A DNA stretch of 64,000 nucleotides from an uncultured Ruminococcus sp. (GCA_947627445.1 CANQWA010000008.1:3530-67529), one strand, 5' to 3'. Counted from the first letter of the stretch, positions 8,174-18,262 are shown. Notes: generated by a model from the letters alone, not told the origin. Made by a program: numbers and translations.

Positions 8174-11128
8174 TTAGTCGTTCGGCAGAGAAGTTGTCAG
8201 GTGAACCAGGAAACGCAGCAGAGAGATGGAGTCATCTACTGTAACACCACCAATGCCGTTGCAGTTTGCATTCAGCAGAGCCTGATCGTTCAGCGTAACA
8301 GCAGCTGCGCAGTACTTATTCAGCAGGATTGCATCGGTCAGGTCGATCTTACCATCCAGGTTCACATCACCCAGCAGAACATCCTTTTCAGTGCCGCTGA
8401 CTGAGGTGGTGGTTTCATCCGTAGAAGTTGTGGTAGAATCTGTGGTGGTATTAGCTGCAGTTACAGTAACCGTCACTTCAGCGGTATTACCGTCTGCATC
8501 GGTAACAGTTACCGTCGTAGAACCAGGAGCAACGCCAGTAACGGTACCGTTCTCATCAACATCAGCAATGCTAGGATCAGCAGACTCGAAAGTGCAGCCG
8601 TCTTTGCTGGGCTTGATGGTATCTGTTTCGCCAACTTCCAGCTCGAGTTCGCTTTTGTCGACGGTCAGATCGGTGCTCGGATTAACCTCGGAAGAATCCG
8701 GTGTCAGCTCAGGATACAGCTCATACATAGCACCATTTGCCATCAAAATATCGCCGGCATGCCAGAATCTGTGCATCTTGTACTCATAACCATCTGTGCT
8801 GCCAGTTGCATCGTATTCAGCCTTAGCTGCCTGATACATCGCAGAATCTGCATACTGAGAACGAATGTCCACAAATGCAACGCCATCCTTGATGGTATCG
8901 CCGTTCGGCATCGTACCAGTGTAGCGGTCAGCAGCCAGAACCTTACCATGACCGTTTTCTCTTGTGCCGTTCGGCAGAACCAGCTTGGTTTCCCACAGAC
9001 GTGTCAGGTTGCTGTTGTGTTCCCACGGAGACAGACCGATGTCATCACGATTTGCCTTCCACTCTCTGTCAAGGAGTTCCTTTGCCAGGTACAGAGCCTG
9101 GAGAGCCTTGTCATCAGAAGAAGTCGAAGCAGCATCCGTCTTGGACTTGTAAGAAGCCTCAGCCTTTGCCAGATCAGAGCTGCTTACGCCGTGTGCCTTT
9201 GCATAGTACAGCAGGGTATTTGCCAAAGAAGATGTGCAGCCCAGGTCAGCGCCGTAGCCAACGATGGTGCTCTTCAGACCCGTATTCTCCTGATATTTAC
9301 CGCTCCATGTGTTGGGCTCGCCTTCCCAGATCAAGCTGGAGGGAACGTCAAAGGATTCACCGTCATCGACAACGCCGGAAGAAATATCCGGAATGGTGAA
9401 TGTAGTCTTTGCGGTATCATACGGCTCATAGTAAGCGTCAAATGTCTTTTCAGCGTTAGCCTTACCCAGGATGGTGTAATCCAGGAACCAGCCAACCCAC
9501 TTATCCAACACGGTCTCCAGAGACTCAGACAGCGTCATGCCAGTCTGACCGATCTGCGGATCTTCGCCGCCGCTCTTTACGACATAGAGGAGTTCAGCCA
9601 GACGCTGTGCAGCCCATACCTGGTTACCGATCCAGTGGTTAGAGCCCGGATCCGCATATACAGGATGCTCTACATACAGCATTTTGTTGAATGTGCTCTT
9701 GTGACCATAGTGATCCTTATCAGCAGTCTCATAACGGCCGTTCACAGAGTTTGTGGAACCGCCGGCGAACGGACCGTCCACAGAGGACAGCCACAGATAG
9801 TATTCAATCTGTGTCTCCAGAGAAGTCTGGAAGTCCTGCGTAGCGCCATTAGACTTCATGCCGGCATTGAGATCACTGTCATATACCAGCGCATAAGCAG
9901 CCAGCGGGTTCTGATAGAATTCATGGCAGTGAGAAGCGCCGATCTGCCATGCCCAGTTGTTGGTGTCATATGCACCGCCCCAGGATGTGTACCAGTTCAT
10001 CAGATAGTGTTTACCCTGGTCGGAGCCGCCGCCGCCCCAAATACTGGTGCAGCCAATTTCTTTATAGTACTTATCGTACATATTGTTACGGGTTTCGTCA
10101 CCCATCTTACCAGCCAGTGCGGAAATGGACTGATTGCCGCCCCACTTGCTGTTTACCTGTACATCGCCTACGCCCCAACGGTTTGCAGCGTATACAGCCT
10201 GGATCGCACGATCCTCGGCGTCAGGCGCATTGGTGTAGGACCACTGTTCAGCCGGGTTGTCCTCGGTGTTGAAGAAGCCCTTCATACCGCCGTTGCCCTT
10301 GATGCCATAGCCCTTATTGTGCATATCTACGCAGGCGTGCGGGATGGTTTCCCAACAAGATTCCTGCTCACCACGCTGGAAGGTGTTGATCAGCATGAAG
10401 TTGCCCGATACATTTTTCTGACCGCCGTTGCCGCCGTTTGCCTTGTTGAAGCCATACCAGTCGTCTACGTCAGCCAGCCAGTGCATCAGGTACAGACCGC
10501 CGTCGCTGCCGTATGCACTGCAGAAGCTTGCATGAAGCGGGTTAGAAGCAGTGTTTCCGCCCTGCATGTCGGTCGGATACATTTCGATCTGTTCCCATTC
10601 TTCCGAAACAGTTGCACTCAGGCTGCTGCCCAGTCCCATAAACTGATATGCGCTGGAGCCCTGTGTATCCGGGATCATGGTGGACTCCATGGTGAGCCAT
10701 GCCTTAGACAGATCGCCGACTGTCTCATCCGCAGCGTCCTTGATGTTCTTGACGGTTACCTTGCCGTCCTTTGCATCCTGAACAATGTGGTCACGCATTG
10801 CAGCAATCCATACCAAGTAGGACATCGCCTCAGATGTGGTTTCATGACCATAGTCCGGCGCTTCGATACACAGCTCTTCTACAGCGTGATACGGTACGCC
10901 GAAACCACCGTTTACTGTGCTGTTGCTGGACAGATAGCCATTCGTCTGACCGTCAACGATGACGTCCTCATACAGGGACATGAAGCGTCCTGCATATGTG
11001 TCATCGCCGAACTGTTCGTCCTTGGTTCTCTCGTATGCAGCAGATGCAGCTACCGGCACTACAGCGGAGCATGTCATTGCAGCAGCGAGAATCGCAGACA
11101 GGAATGTTTTGCTTTTCTTGAATTGCAT
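8174..11128 (-). CDS. cel48: Cellulosomal GH48 processive cellulase with Ig-like (Big_2-type) domain, Thr linker and dockerin
   Basis: GH48 signatures GVPYH..E.LCIEAPDYGHETTSEAMSY, INTFQRGEQESCWET, YTNAPDAEDRA and RFWHAGD. Signal peptide from ATG 11128 (MQFKKSKTFLS) with a GAGAGGGG RBS. C-terminal GDVNLDGKIDLTD dockerin. Confidence 0.95.
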   Translation of the reverse strand: MQFKKSKTFLSAILAAAMTCSAVVPVAASAAYERTKDEQFGDDTYAGRFMSLYEDVIVDGQTNGYLSSNSTVNGGFGVPYHAVEELCIEAPDYGHETTSEAMSYLVWIAAMRDHIVQDAKDGKVTVKNIKDAADETVGDLSKAWLTMESTMIPDTQGSSAYQFMGLGSSLSATVSEEWEQIEMYPTDMQGGNTASNPLHASFCSAYGSDGGLYLMHWLADVDDWYGFNKANGGNGGQKNVSGNFMLINTFQRGEQESCWETIPHACVDMHNKGYGIKGNGGMKGFFNTEDNPAEQWSYTNAPDAEDRAIQAVYAANRWGVGDVQVNSKWGGNQSISALAGKMGDETRNNMYDKYYKEIGCTSIWGGGGSDQGKHYLMNWYTSWGGAYDTNNWAWQIGASHCHEFYQNPLAAYALVYDSDLNAGMKSNGATQDFQTSLETQIEYYLWLSSVDGPFAGGSTNSVNGRYETADKDHYGHKSTFNKMLYVEHPVYADPGSNHWIGNQVWAAQRLAELLYVVKSGGEDPQIGQTGMTLSESLETVLDKWVGWFLDYTILGKANAEKTFDAYYEPYDTAKTTFTIPDISSGVVDDGESFDVPSSLIWEGEPNTWSGKYQENTGLKSTIVGYGADLGCTSSLANTLLYYAKAHGVSSSDLAKAEASYKSKTDAASTSSDDKALQALYLAKELLDREWKANRDDIGLSPWEHNSNLTRLWETKLVLPNGTRENGHGKVLAADRYTGTMPNGDTIKDGVAFVDIRSQYADSAMYQAAKAEYDATGSTDGYEYKMHRFWHAGDILMANGAMYELYPELTPDSSEVNPSTDLTVDKSELELEVGETDTIKPSKDGCTFESADPSIADVDENGTVTGVAPGSTTVTVTDADGNTAEVTVTVTAANTTTDSTTTSTDETTTSVSGTEKDVLLGDVNLDGKIDLTDAILLNKYCAAAVTLNDQALLNANCNGIGGVTVDDSISLLRFLVHLTTSLPND

Positions 11129-11286
11129 TTCTGAAAATTCCCCTCTCTTAATGGAATTAGATTGATGATTAGAAATGGTCGTGACCGGTCTATATGGGTA
11201 CGCATACAGGAAACGGTCGGAAGATTCAGAGGATCTCCGTGCAATTTCGGTCGAATCACACATGAATCCCCACTATTGATAAAAAA

Positions 11287-11315
11287 ATTATACACCTATT
11301 TCTAAAAGATGTCAA
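11287..11315 (-). promoter_or_regulatory. Sigma-A promoter of cel48 (gives a ~150-nt 5' leader)
   Basis: TTGACA (11315-11310), 17 nt, TATAAT (11292-11287). Confidence 0.85.
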
Positions 11316-11586
11316 CCCTTTGCATAGTTTTTCAGGGATTCCCTTGACAATTTTGTATGAATAGACAGATTTTGCGTTTTCGATTTGGTTACTTTGCCTA
11401 TAACTTCCGGATTCTGCTGCAAAATTCTGGCAAAATTTTGGCGTTTCGCAGAATCATCGGCTGTCTTTCACACAGCTTTCACAGGATTGTGGGATACTGT
11501 TTTTGCGGAATTCCTGCATTTTTTTCGCATGGATGCAAAAATTTATCCATGATATTGATGTTTCATGATATCGTTACACTCTGTTT

Positions 11587-11615
11587 ATGACAGGAACATA
11601 TTATTTTGCGATAAT
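11587..11615 (+). promoter_or_regulatory. Possible sigma-A promoter of the ABC operon
   Basis: ATGACA, 17 nt, GATAAT with a TG extension; one mismatch in each box. Confidence 0.45.
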
Positions 11616-11702
11616 AAAACCGTACAGGCTTTTTAGAAGTAAGATCCATTCCTGCCTCTTGCTTCTCAACATCTTGCCTCTGGCAAGCAAAGGAGTTATC
11701 AT

Positions 11703-12776
11703 ATGGTAGAAATCAAAAATCTGACCAAATATTATGGGAACAAAGCGGCACTGAAAGGCGTCAGCTTTACCATCCAGAAAAATGAAGTCCTGGGCTTTCT
11801 TGGACCCAACGGTGCCGGAAAGTCTACTACATTAAATATTATCGCAGGCGTGATTCCTGCTACATCCGGAACGGTGACGGTCGATGGTTATGACATTGTC
11901 CAGCAGCCGGTAAAGGCAAAGAAGAGCATCGGATTTTTGCCGGAGATTCCGCCCATCTATCCCGACATGAAGGTGCGGGAATATCTGATGTTTGTGGCGG
12001 GACTCAAGGGCGTTCCGGCGGAAAAGCGTCGTACAGAGGTAGAGCGTGCCATGGAGCGGCTGAAGATTACCGATGTGCAGAAGCGGCTGATCCGCAATTT
12101 GTCTAAGGGTTATAAACAGCGTGTGGGCTTTGCACAGGCGCTGCTGGGAAATCCGCCGGTGATTATTCTGGACGAGCCTACAGTCGGTCTTGACCCCACG
12201 CAGCTTTTGGAAGTGCGCAATCTCATTATGGATCTGCGCCACGATCATGCCATTATTCTCAGTTCTCACATTCTGGGAGAGATTAGTGCTGTCTGTGACC
12301 GGATTGTCATCATCAACCACGGCGAGATCAAAGCCAACGATACGATTGAAAATCTGGAGCAGAGCATGGAATCCAGCCTGATCCTCCAGCTGAAAGTCCA
12401 GGGCAGTTCCCGTGAGGTCAGCAAGATCGCGCAGGGCGTAGAGGGCGTTTTCAGCGTGAGCAACATCCAGTTTGTCAAAACGGGCGTATATACTTATGAT
12501 GTGGAGATCGAAAAAGAATCTGTCCGAAACGCATTGCTCTCTGCGCTGCTTCAGCATGGACTGGAAGTGCTGGAGGTCTCCACCGAGAAAAAGAACCTGG
12601 AACAGGTTTTCACCAAACTGGTCAATCAGAAGAATTCTGACGGCGGTTTACAGGAACTGCTGGCAGAACTGCGCACAGAATCCGAAGCTGCGGATGCAGA
12701 GGATGACGGGCACAAGGACGATGCGGGCGAATTCTCGGAAGAGGCTGGGGATGATGCCGCAGAAAAGGAGGAATAA
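11703..12776 (+). CDS. ABC transporter ATP-binding protein (GldA-like) with acidic tail
   Basis: Walker A GPNGAGKST, signature LSKGYKQRV, Walker B IILDEP, H-loop SSH. Confidence 0.9.
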   Translation: MVEIKNLTKYYGNKAALKGVSFTIQKNEVLGFLGPNGAGKSTTLNIIAGVIPATSGTVTVDGYDIVQQPVKAKKSIGFLPEIPPIYPDMKVREYLMFVAGLKGVPAEKRRTEVERAMERLKITDVQKRLIRNLSKGYKQRVGFAQALLGNPPVIILDEPTVGLDPTQLLEVRNLIMDLRHDHAIILSSHILGEISAVCDRIVIINHGEIKANDTIENLEQSMESSLILQLKVQGSSREVSKIAQGVEGVFSVSNIQFVKTGVYTYDVEIEKESVRNALLSALLQHGLEVLEVSTEKKNLEQVFTKLVNQKNSDGGLQELLAELRTESEAADAEDDGHKDDAGEFSEEAGDDAAEKEE

Positions 12777-12782
12777 TACCCG

Positions 12783-13514
12783 ATGTTTGCACTATATAAA
12801 AAAGAACTGCACAGCTATTTTCTGTCGCCCATTGCCTATCTGGTCATTGCCTTTTTTACGGCAACATTTTCTCTGACCTTTGTGATGGATATTTCCAACG
12901 TGACATCCTCTGTGTATGAGTTTTCGTTTTCATCCATTTTCTATGTGAATCTGTTCTATTTCATTATTCTGCTGCCCCTGCTGACCATGCGTACCTTTGC
13001 GGAAGAGCGGAAAAACGGCACAGAGACATTGCTGTTGTCCAGTCCATTGAATGTCACCCAGATCGTTCTGGCAAAGTTTCTGGCGGCAGCCACAATCCTG
13101 CTGACCATGCTGGTGGTTTCCATGATCTATCCGGTGATCACTGCCATGTACGGACGTGTGATCTGGGCGAGCTTGTTTTGTACGTATATCGGATTTTTTC
13201 TGTTTGGTCTGGTCTGTATTGCTGTGGGAACATGCATTTCTTCTCTCACAGAAATGCCTATCCTGTCCATTCTCATAAGTGAGCTGGTCATGCTGCTCCT
13301 GCTGCTGATGGACAACCTGAGTGCCACTGCCTTTCTGTCCAGCATTCCGGTGTTGTCGGATATCCTGGCATGGTTCTCCAATCAGTCCAAGTTTTACACT
13401 TTTTCTCAGGGACTGCTGCAATTCTCGGATATTTTTGGATATGTCACAGAGATTCTGGTGTTCCTGATCTGGACCATCATTTCTGTGGAAAAAAGACGCT
13501 GGAGCCGGAGGTAA
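12783..13514 (+). CDS. ABC-2 type permease (GldF-like)
   Basis: About six TM segments; KELxSYFxSPxAY N-terminus and TMRxFAEERKxGTxxLL motif. Confidence 0.85.
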   Translation: MFALYKKELHSYFLSPIAYLVIAFFTATFSLTFVMDISNVTSSVYEFSFSSIFYVNLFYFIILLPLLTMRTFAEERKNGTETLLLSSPLNVTQIVLAKFLAAATILLTMLVVSMIYPVITAMYGRVIWASLFCTYIGFFLFGLVCIAVGTCISSLTEMPILSILISELVMLLLLLMDNLSATAFLSSIPVLSDILAWFSNQSKFYTFSQGLLQFSDIFGYVTEILVFLIWTIISVEKRRWSRR

Positions 13515-13520
13515 CTGAAG

Positions 13521-14987
13521 ATGAAAAATGAAGCAAAATTCCGGAACTGGAAAAATACAAAATTTGCCAGTGTGGCATGGATTCTTGCGATCCTGGTGCT
13601 GGTGATCGCTGTGGTGCTGAATATGATTGCCGCACGGTTGGATTTCAGTTGGGACGTTTCGCCCAACCAGAAATACAGTCTGACACGCACCACGGAAGAA
13701 TATCTGGACAAGCTGGATGCCGAAGGTGTGACAGTGGATTTTTATTTTCTGGCAGAGATGGAGGATCTGGAAAAGGATACCGAATCCCTGACCCTCTATC
13801 GTGCGCTGAAAGCCTATGAGGATCACGACTGTATCCATATGATTGATTTTGATCCCAACACCAACGAAGAGATGATGGAAAAGATCAACGGCGACAATGC
13901 CTTCCGCCTTTCCACCGGCGATATGATCTTTGTCTGCGGGGAAAAAAAGCGCCGTCTGCCGGGCAATTCCATGTATCAGGTTCATACCGATGAGGATGGC
14001 AATCAGACCGGAGAAGATTTCAGCGGTGAAAACCTGATTACCGGAACCATCAAGGCTGTGGTGGATGATTTTACCCCTGTGATCTATTTCCTCACGGGAC
14101 ATGGAGAGAAGCCTTTGGATCAGTACACCAGCTTCTCCAATAACCTGACCAACTATAACTATACGGCAAAGGAACTGAATCTTTCCACCGCAGACCGTGT
14201 ACCGGAAGATGCTGCCATGGTGCTGGTGGCTGCGCCCAAAAAGGACATTGCAGGCGATGAAAAGGATAAACTGGACGCCTATCTGGATGAGGGCGGCAAT
14301 ATTAGCCTGATGATGTCTCCCAACGGCGGCAGTTTTGCCTATACCAATCTGGAAGCTGTGATGCAGGATTATGGCTTCTATATGGACTATGACCGGGTGT
14401 ATGAGACGGATGCGTCTTATCACATTTCCGGAGACAATACCACCATCCAGTGTGAACTGAACGAGCTGGACAGCGACAGCGAAGCGGCTGACCTGACTTC
14501 TGCGCTGGTGGGTGAGGGATTGTATACCTTTATGCCGGAATCCCGAAGCTTTCGGTATGACAGCGATGGCGGCAAATTTACCATTGTCCCCATGATCACC
14601 ACCTATGATTCGGCGGTGGGAGAGCCTTACGGCGGCGTCAGCGATGATCCGGAGGAAATCGACGGCAGCATGATGCTGGCGGCGTATTCCCAGAGCAACG
14701 GCAGAAGTGAATCCAAGATGGCAGTCTTTGGCAATGCCGAATTTATCGACGATACACACGTGACAGATGAGACGGTGATCGTACCGGTCTACCTGTTCCT
14801 CAGTGTCATTAGCTGGATGTACGGCAGTGATGTGGATATGGGCATTGCTTCCAAAACGGACAGCATGGACGAGATCTCACTCCAGGAGCAGAGCTTTGCG
14901 CAGGGGCTGATTGTGGTGCTGACCGTGATTCCTCTTGCCATTATGGCTGTGGGCGTGGGCATCTGGATCAAGCGTCGGAATTCGTAA
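13521..14987 (+). CDS. GldG-like ABC-associated membrane protein with large extracellular domain
   Basis: TM, then DVSPNQKYSLT, YFLTGHGE, LVAAPKKD..., MAVFGNAEF, then C-terminal TM. This is the GldG/ABC_transp_aux layout. Confidence 0.8.
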   Translation: MKNEAKFRNWKNTKFASVAWILAILVLVIAVVLNMIAARLDFSWDVSPNQKYSLTRTTEEYLDKLDAEGVTVDFYFLAEMEDLEKDTESLTLYRALKAYEDHDCIHMIDFDPNTNEEMMEKINGDNAFRLSTGDMIFVCGEKKRRLPGNSMYQVHTDEDGNQTGEDFSGENLITGTIKAVVDDFTPVIYFLTGHGEKPLDQYTSFSNNLTNYNYTAKELNLSTADRVPEDAAMVLVAAPKKDIAGDEKDKLDAYLDEGGNISLMMSPNGGSFAYTNLEAVMQDYGFYMDYDRVYETDASYHISGDNTTIQCELNELDSDSEAADLTSALVGEGLYTFMPESRSFRYDSDGGKFTIVPMITTYDSAVGEPYGGVSDDPEEIDGSMMLAAYSQSNGRSESKMAVFGNAEFIDDTHVTDETVIVPVYLFLSVISWMYGSDVDMGIASKTDSMDEISLQEQSFAQGLIVVLTVIPLAIMAVGVGIWIKRRNS

Positions 14988-15012
14988 TCCGATATCGCAG
15001 GAGGAATATGGC

Positions 15013-16398
15013 ATGAAAAGACAACTGATTCTTGGTCTGATCCTGCTGGTGCTGGTGGCGGCAGCATTTGCCGCCTATTTCCTGGTCGATCGCTATGTTG
15101 CCAACAAGGAACAGAAGGCAGCGGAGAAAGCGGCTGAGCTGCAAATCGCCAGCTTTAACTCCAGTGCAGTGACGAAGCTGGATCTCCACACACCGGAACT
15201 GGATTATACGGTAGAGCTGACAGATGCTGGTGACTGGGCAGTCACCAACGAGGAGCTGAACATCAACTCCTATTATATCACGGCGCTGCTGACCCAGGGC
15301 TGCGATTTGACCGCAGACAAAGATCTGGGAATCGTCGGCGAAACGGAAATGGAAAGCTATGGACTGACAGATCCGATTTCCATTACCTATTATACGGACA
15401 GCGGCAGCGTGAAAATCTATGTGGGAAATTCTTCACCCACCAATGAATACTTCTACATGATGAAAGAGGGCAGCGACCATGTATACCTGGTGGATGCCGA
15501 TGTTGCGGGCTATCTCTATGTGACGAAGGGGCAGCTGCGGTATCGCTATGTGATGGAGGATACCTCGGCGGAGATCACCCAGGTCTCCCTGAAACACGGG
15601 GACGCATTCGTCTATGATCTGACCCTGACAGACGGCGAATGGGAAATGACAGAGCCTTTTGATCTGCCTCTGACCATCAACTATGCCAACCTGACATCCT
15701 TGTTTGTCGACATCCAGCATCTCGAAGCGGATGATTTCGGTGAACCGGAAGAAGAGATCAACCGGGAGAATGCCTATACCTTTCGGTTTACCCTGGAAAG
15801 CGGAGAGGTCACAACATTGATTTTTGAGGAATATGATCCTCTGACCGTTTCTATGGTAAAATGTCTCCGGGAGGAGACAGGAGATATCCTGATCTTTGAG
15901 TCCAGTTATATCACATTTCTGCAATCCAAGGCAGAGGATCTTCTTCTGGAATCGCTGTGTGAACCGGCGATCGAGGACGTAAAGGAACTGACGTTCCAGT
16001 ATGAGGGCTCATATAACGACAAAACGGTTTCGATTGACGATACCTTTGCGTGGAATGCAGACGAAGGAACCTATAGCCGAAACGGCAAGGCATTTTCTTC
16101 GGAGGAAGCCATTGCTGCTTTTCAGAGGTTCTTCTTGAATGCCACCATTATCTGCTATGATGAGATCGATCTCAGTCAGAAGCTTCCGGCAGAAGAACCA
16201 GCACTGACCCTGCGGTATGACTGCACAGACGGCAGCACCCGTGAGCTGACCCTGTACCGGAAGAGTGCTACAACATATCTGGCGTGTGTGGACGGAGAGT
16301 TTGTCTATGCATTGGTGCGGCAGCGTGAACTCAGCGGCGATGATATGATTTTGGAAGCATATGATGCATTGCTGGATGTTCTGAATTCCGAGACATGA
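15013..16398 (+). CDS. DUF4340-type membrane-anchored protein
   Basis: N-terminal TM, YGLxxP and IYVGNSSPTNEYFY-type motifs, position after gldG-like gene. Start set to ATG 15013 after a GGAGG RBS. Confidence 0.7.
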   Translation: MKRQLILGLILLVLVAAAFAAYFLVDRYVANKEQKAAEKAAELQIASFNSSAVTKLDLHTPELDYTVELTDAGDWAVTNEELNINSYYITALLTQGCDLTADKDLGIVGETEMESYGLTDPISITYYTDSGSVKIYVGNSSPTNEYFYMMKEGSDHVYLVDADVAGYLYVTKGQLRYRYVMEDTSAEITQVSLKHGDAFVYDLTLTDGEWEMTEPFDLPLTINYANLTSLFVDIQHLEADDFGEPEEEINRENAYTFRFTLESGEVTTLIFEEYDPLTVSMVKCLREETGDILIFESSYITFLQSKAEDLLLESLCEPAIEDVKELTFQYEGSYNDKTVSIDDTFAWNADEGTYSRNGKAFSSEEAIAAFQRFFLNATIICYDEIDLSQKLPAEEPALTLRYDCTDGSTRELTLYRKSATTYLACVDGEFVYALVRQRELSGDDMILEAYDALLDVLNSET

Positions 16399-16401
16399 CA
16401 G

Positions 16402-16438
16402 AAAAGGCGATACCGTTTCAGCGGCGTCGCTTTTTTCT
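16402..16438 (+). terminator. Intrinsic terminator of the ABC operon
   Basis: AAAAGGCGATACCG...CGGCGTCGCTTTTTT hairpin followed by a T tract. Confidence 0.8.
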
Positions 16439-16527
16439 TAGAGCCGGAACAGGCGCTTATCGGACAGCCGCCGCAATGTTTACAAAGAATGGTAACACTG
16501 CTGCTATGTCTTTGTGCGGTATTGCCC

Positions 16528-16556
16528 TTGATTTTTTCTCCAGAAAATGCTATAAT
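16528..16556 (+). promoter_or_regulatory. Sigma-A promoter upstream of the yicC-gmk-rpoZ operon
   Basis: TTGATT, 17 nt, TATAAT with an extended TG. Confidence 0.8.
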
Positions 16557-16571
16557 GATTTCGTATATCAT

Positions 16572-16702
16572 GGATCTTCCCGGAAACTTCCGAAGCATCA
16601 TCTTCCTCTGGCGCAGGACAAAATATCCGGCGGAATCCGGCACTTCTCCAGTTTTGAAAGAGGTTTTAGAGGTTGGATATGATGCCATGCTGCCGAAGAT
16701 CC
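16572..16702 (+). ncRNA. Candidate structured RNA or 5' leader (unclassified)
   Basis: Ends pair as GGATCTTC/GAAGATCC, with an inner GCATCAT/ATGATGC stem extended by CTCT/AGAG. It starts just after the predicted TSS. Confidence 0.4.
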
Positions 16703-16736
16703 GGTAACACAGAAACAGGAAAAAGAGGTGACAGCC

Positions 16737-17645
16737 TTGAAAAGTATGACCGGCTATGGACGGGGTACTTCCAAAACAGAACAGTATGAGATCACAGCAG
16801 AGCTGCGTGCCGTCAATTGCCGGTATCTGGAGCTTTCTGTCCGGTTGCCCCGGTGCTATGTCTATCTGGAGGAAAAGCTGAAGGAACTGATTCAGACGGG
16901 GATCTCCCGGGGAAAGGCAGAGCTTTCTCTAACCATCCTGGCTGCGGATGGAAAAGCACCGGATATCCGGATCCATCACGGTGTCGTAAAAGCCTATCTG
17001 GCGGCAATGACAGAGGAAAATCAGAGACTTGCCGCTGAATTGGGCGGCATGGCTTCTGAGGGATATCTGCCCCAGGATCTGACTCTTTCCACACTGCTCC
17101 AGCTGCCGAATGCCTTTCAGGTGCAGCAGGTGACAGAGGATGCCGCCGTGATGTGGGAGTTCATCTGCCCGGCGGTGCAGGAGGCATTGGCACAATTTAC
17201 GCAGATGCGTGAGATAGAGGGGCTGCGGCTGAAACAGGACATCGTTTTCCGGCTGGATGCTCTGGAACAAATGGTCTGCCAGGTGGAAGAGCTGGCACCC
17301 CGAATCGTGACGCAGTATTACAACAAGCTGTACAAGAAGATCACGGAGCTGCTGGAAAGCACTGCGGTGGACGAATCCCGGCTGGTGACAGAGGCTGCTG
17401 TCTTGGCAGAAAAGATTGCAGTGGATGAAGAGACGGTCCGGCTGCACAGCCATATCGCACAATTCCGCACGCTGCTGGAAAGTGCAGAACCGGTAGGCAG
17501 AAAGATGGATTTTCTGGTGCAGGAAATGAATCGTGAGGTCAACACCACCGGCTCAAAGGCGCAGTCTCTGGAGATTACCCGGTTGGTGGTGGATATGAAA
17601 TCAGAGATCGAAAAAATTCGTGAACAGATTCAGAATATCGAATAG
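16737..17645 (+). CDS. yicC: YicC/YloC family endoribonuclease
   Basis: KSMTGYGRG N-terminus, EETVRL.SH and GRKMDFLVQEMNREVNT.GSK...EKIREQIQNIE. TTG start after a GAGGTG RBS. Confidence 0.92.
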   Translation: MKSMTGYGRGTSKTEQYEITAELRAVNCRYLELSVRLPRCYVYLEEKLKELIQTGISRGKAELSLTILAADGKAPDIRIHHGVVKAYLAAMTEENQRLAAELGGMASEGYLPQDLTLSTLLQLPNAFQVQQVTEDAAVMWEFICPAVQEALAQFTQMREIEGLRLKQDIVFRLDALEQMVCQVEELAPRIVTQYYNKLYKKITELLESTAVDESRLVTEAAVLAEKIAVDEETVRLHSHIAQFRTLLESAEPVGRKMDFLVQEMNREVNTTGSKAQSLEITRLVVDMKSEIEKIREQIQNIE

Positions 17646-17659
17646 GGAGGTGCTGATGG

Positions 17660-18262
17660 ATGAAAAGAGGAACGTTATTTGTGGTGTCCGGACCGTCTGG
17701 CTGCGGAAAGGGGACGATCTTGGCGGAAATCCGAAAAGACCCCGGGGTGTTTATTTCCGTTTCTGCCACAACACGGGGCATGCGTCCCGGTGAGACTGAC
17801 GGCGTCAGCTATCATTTTCTCACACGTGAAAAGTTTGAGTCGTTGATCAGAAACGACGGCGTGCTGGAATATGCCGAGTACTGCGGCAATTATTACGGCA
17901 CACCCCGCCAGCCCGTCGAGGAGCATCTGGCGGCAGGAGAAAACGTGATTCTGGAGATCGAAGTGGTGGGTGCCATGAAGATACGGGAGAAATGTCCGGA
18001 GGCTGTATTTCTGTTTATTGCGCCTCCGTCTCTGTCGGAGTTGGAACGCCGGCTGAGAAAGCGGGGGACAGAGGCAGAGGAAGTGATTCAGAACCGGGTG
18101 GCGCAGGCAACACGGGAGATTCTATGCGCAAAGGATTATGATTATGTGGTACGCAACGGCGAGCTTGCTGATGCCATTGCCGATGTCAAGGCAATCCTGC
18201 GTGCAGAATCCATGAAGATCGCAAAAAATCAGATGATAATTGATGAGGTGCTTGGAAAATGA
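17660..18262 (+). CDS. gmk: Guanylate kinase
   Basis: SGPSGCGKGT P-loop, SVSATTR.MRPGETDGVSYHF, YYGTP. Confidence 0.97.
   Translation: MKRGTLFVVSGPSGCGKGTILAEIRKDPGVFISVSATTRGMRPGETDGVSYHFLTREKFESLIRNDGVLEYAEYCGNYYGTPRQPVEEHLAAGENVILEIEVVGAMKIREKCPEAVFLFIAPPSLSELERRLRKRGTEAEEVIQNRVAQATREILCAKDYDYVVRNGELADAIADVKAILRAESMKIAKNQMIIDEVLGK

Noticed and set aside
8759-11134. 791-aa plus-strand ORF
   Set aside because: Antisense shadow of cel48; no RBS or recognisable motifs; explained by codon bias of the real gene.
11344-11372. TTGACA at 11344 as a plus-strand promoter
   Set aside because: No plausible -10 box at 16-18 nt spacing.
12930-14759. 609-aa minus-strand ORF (and the similar 650-aa ORF at 26522-28474)
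   Set aside because: Antisense to well-supported genes (ABC operon, prkC); no domain signatures.
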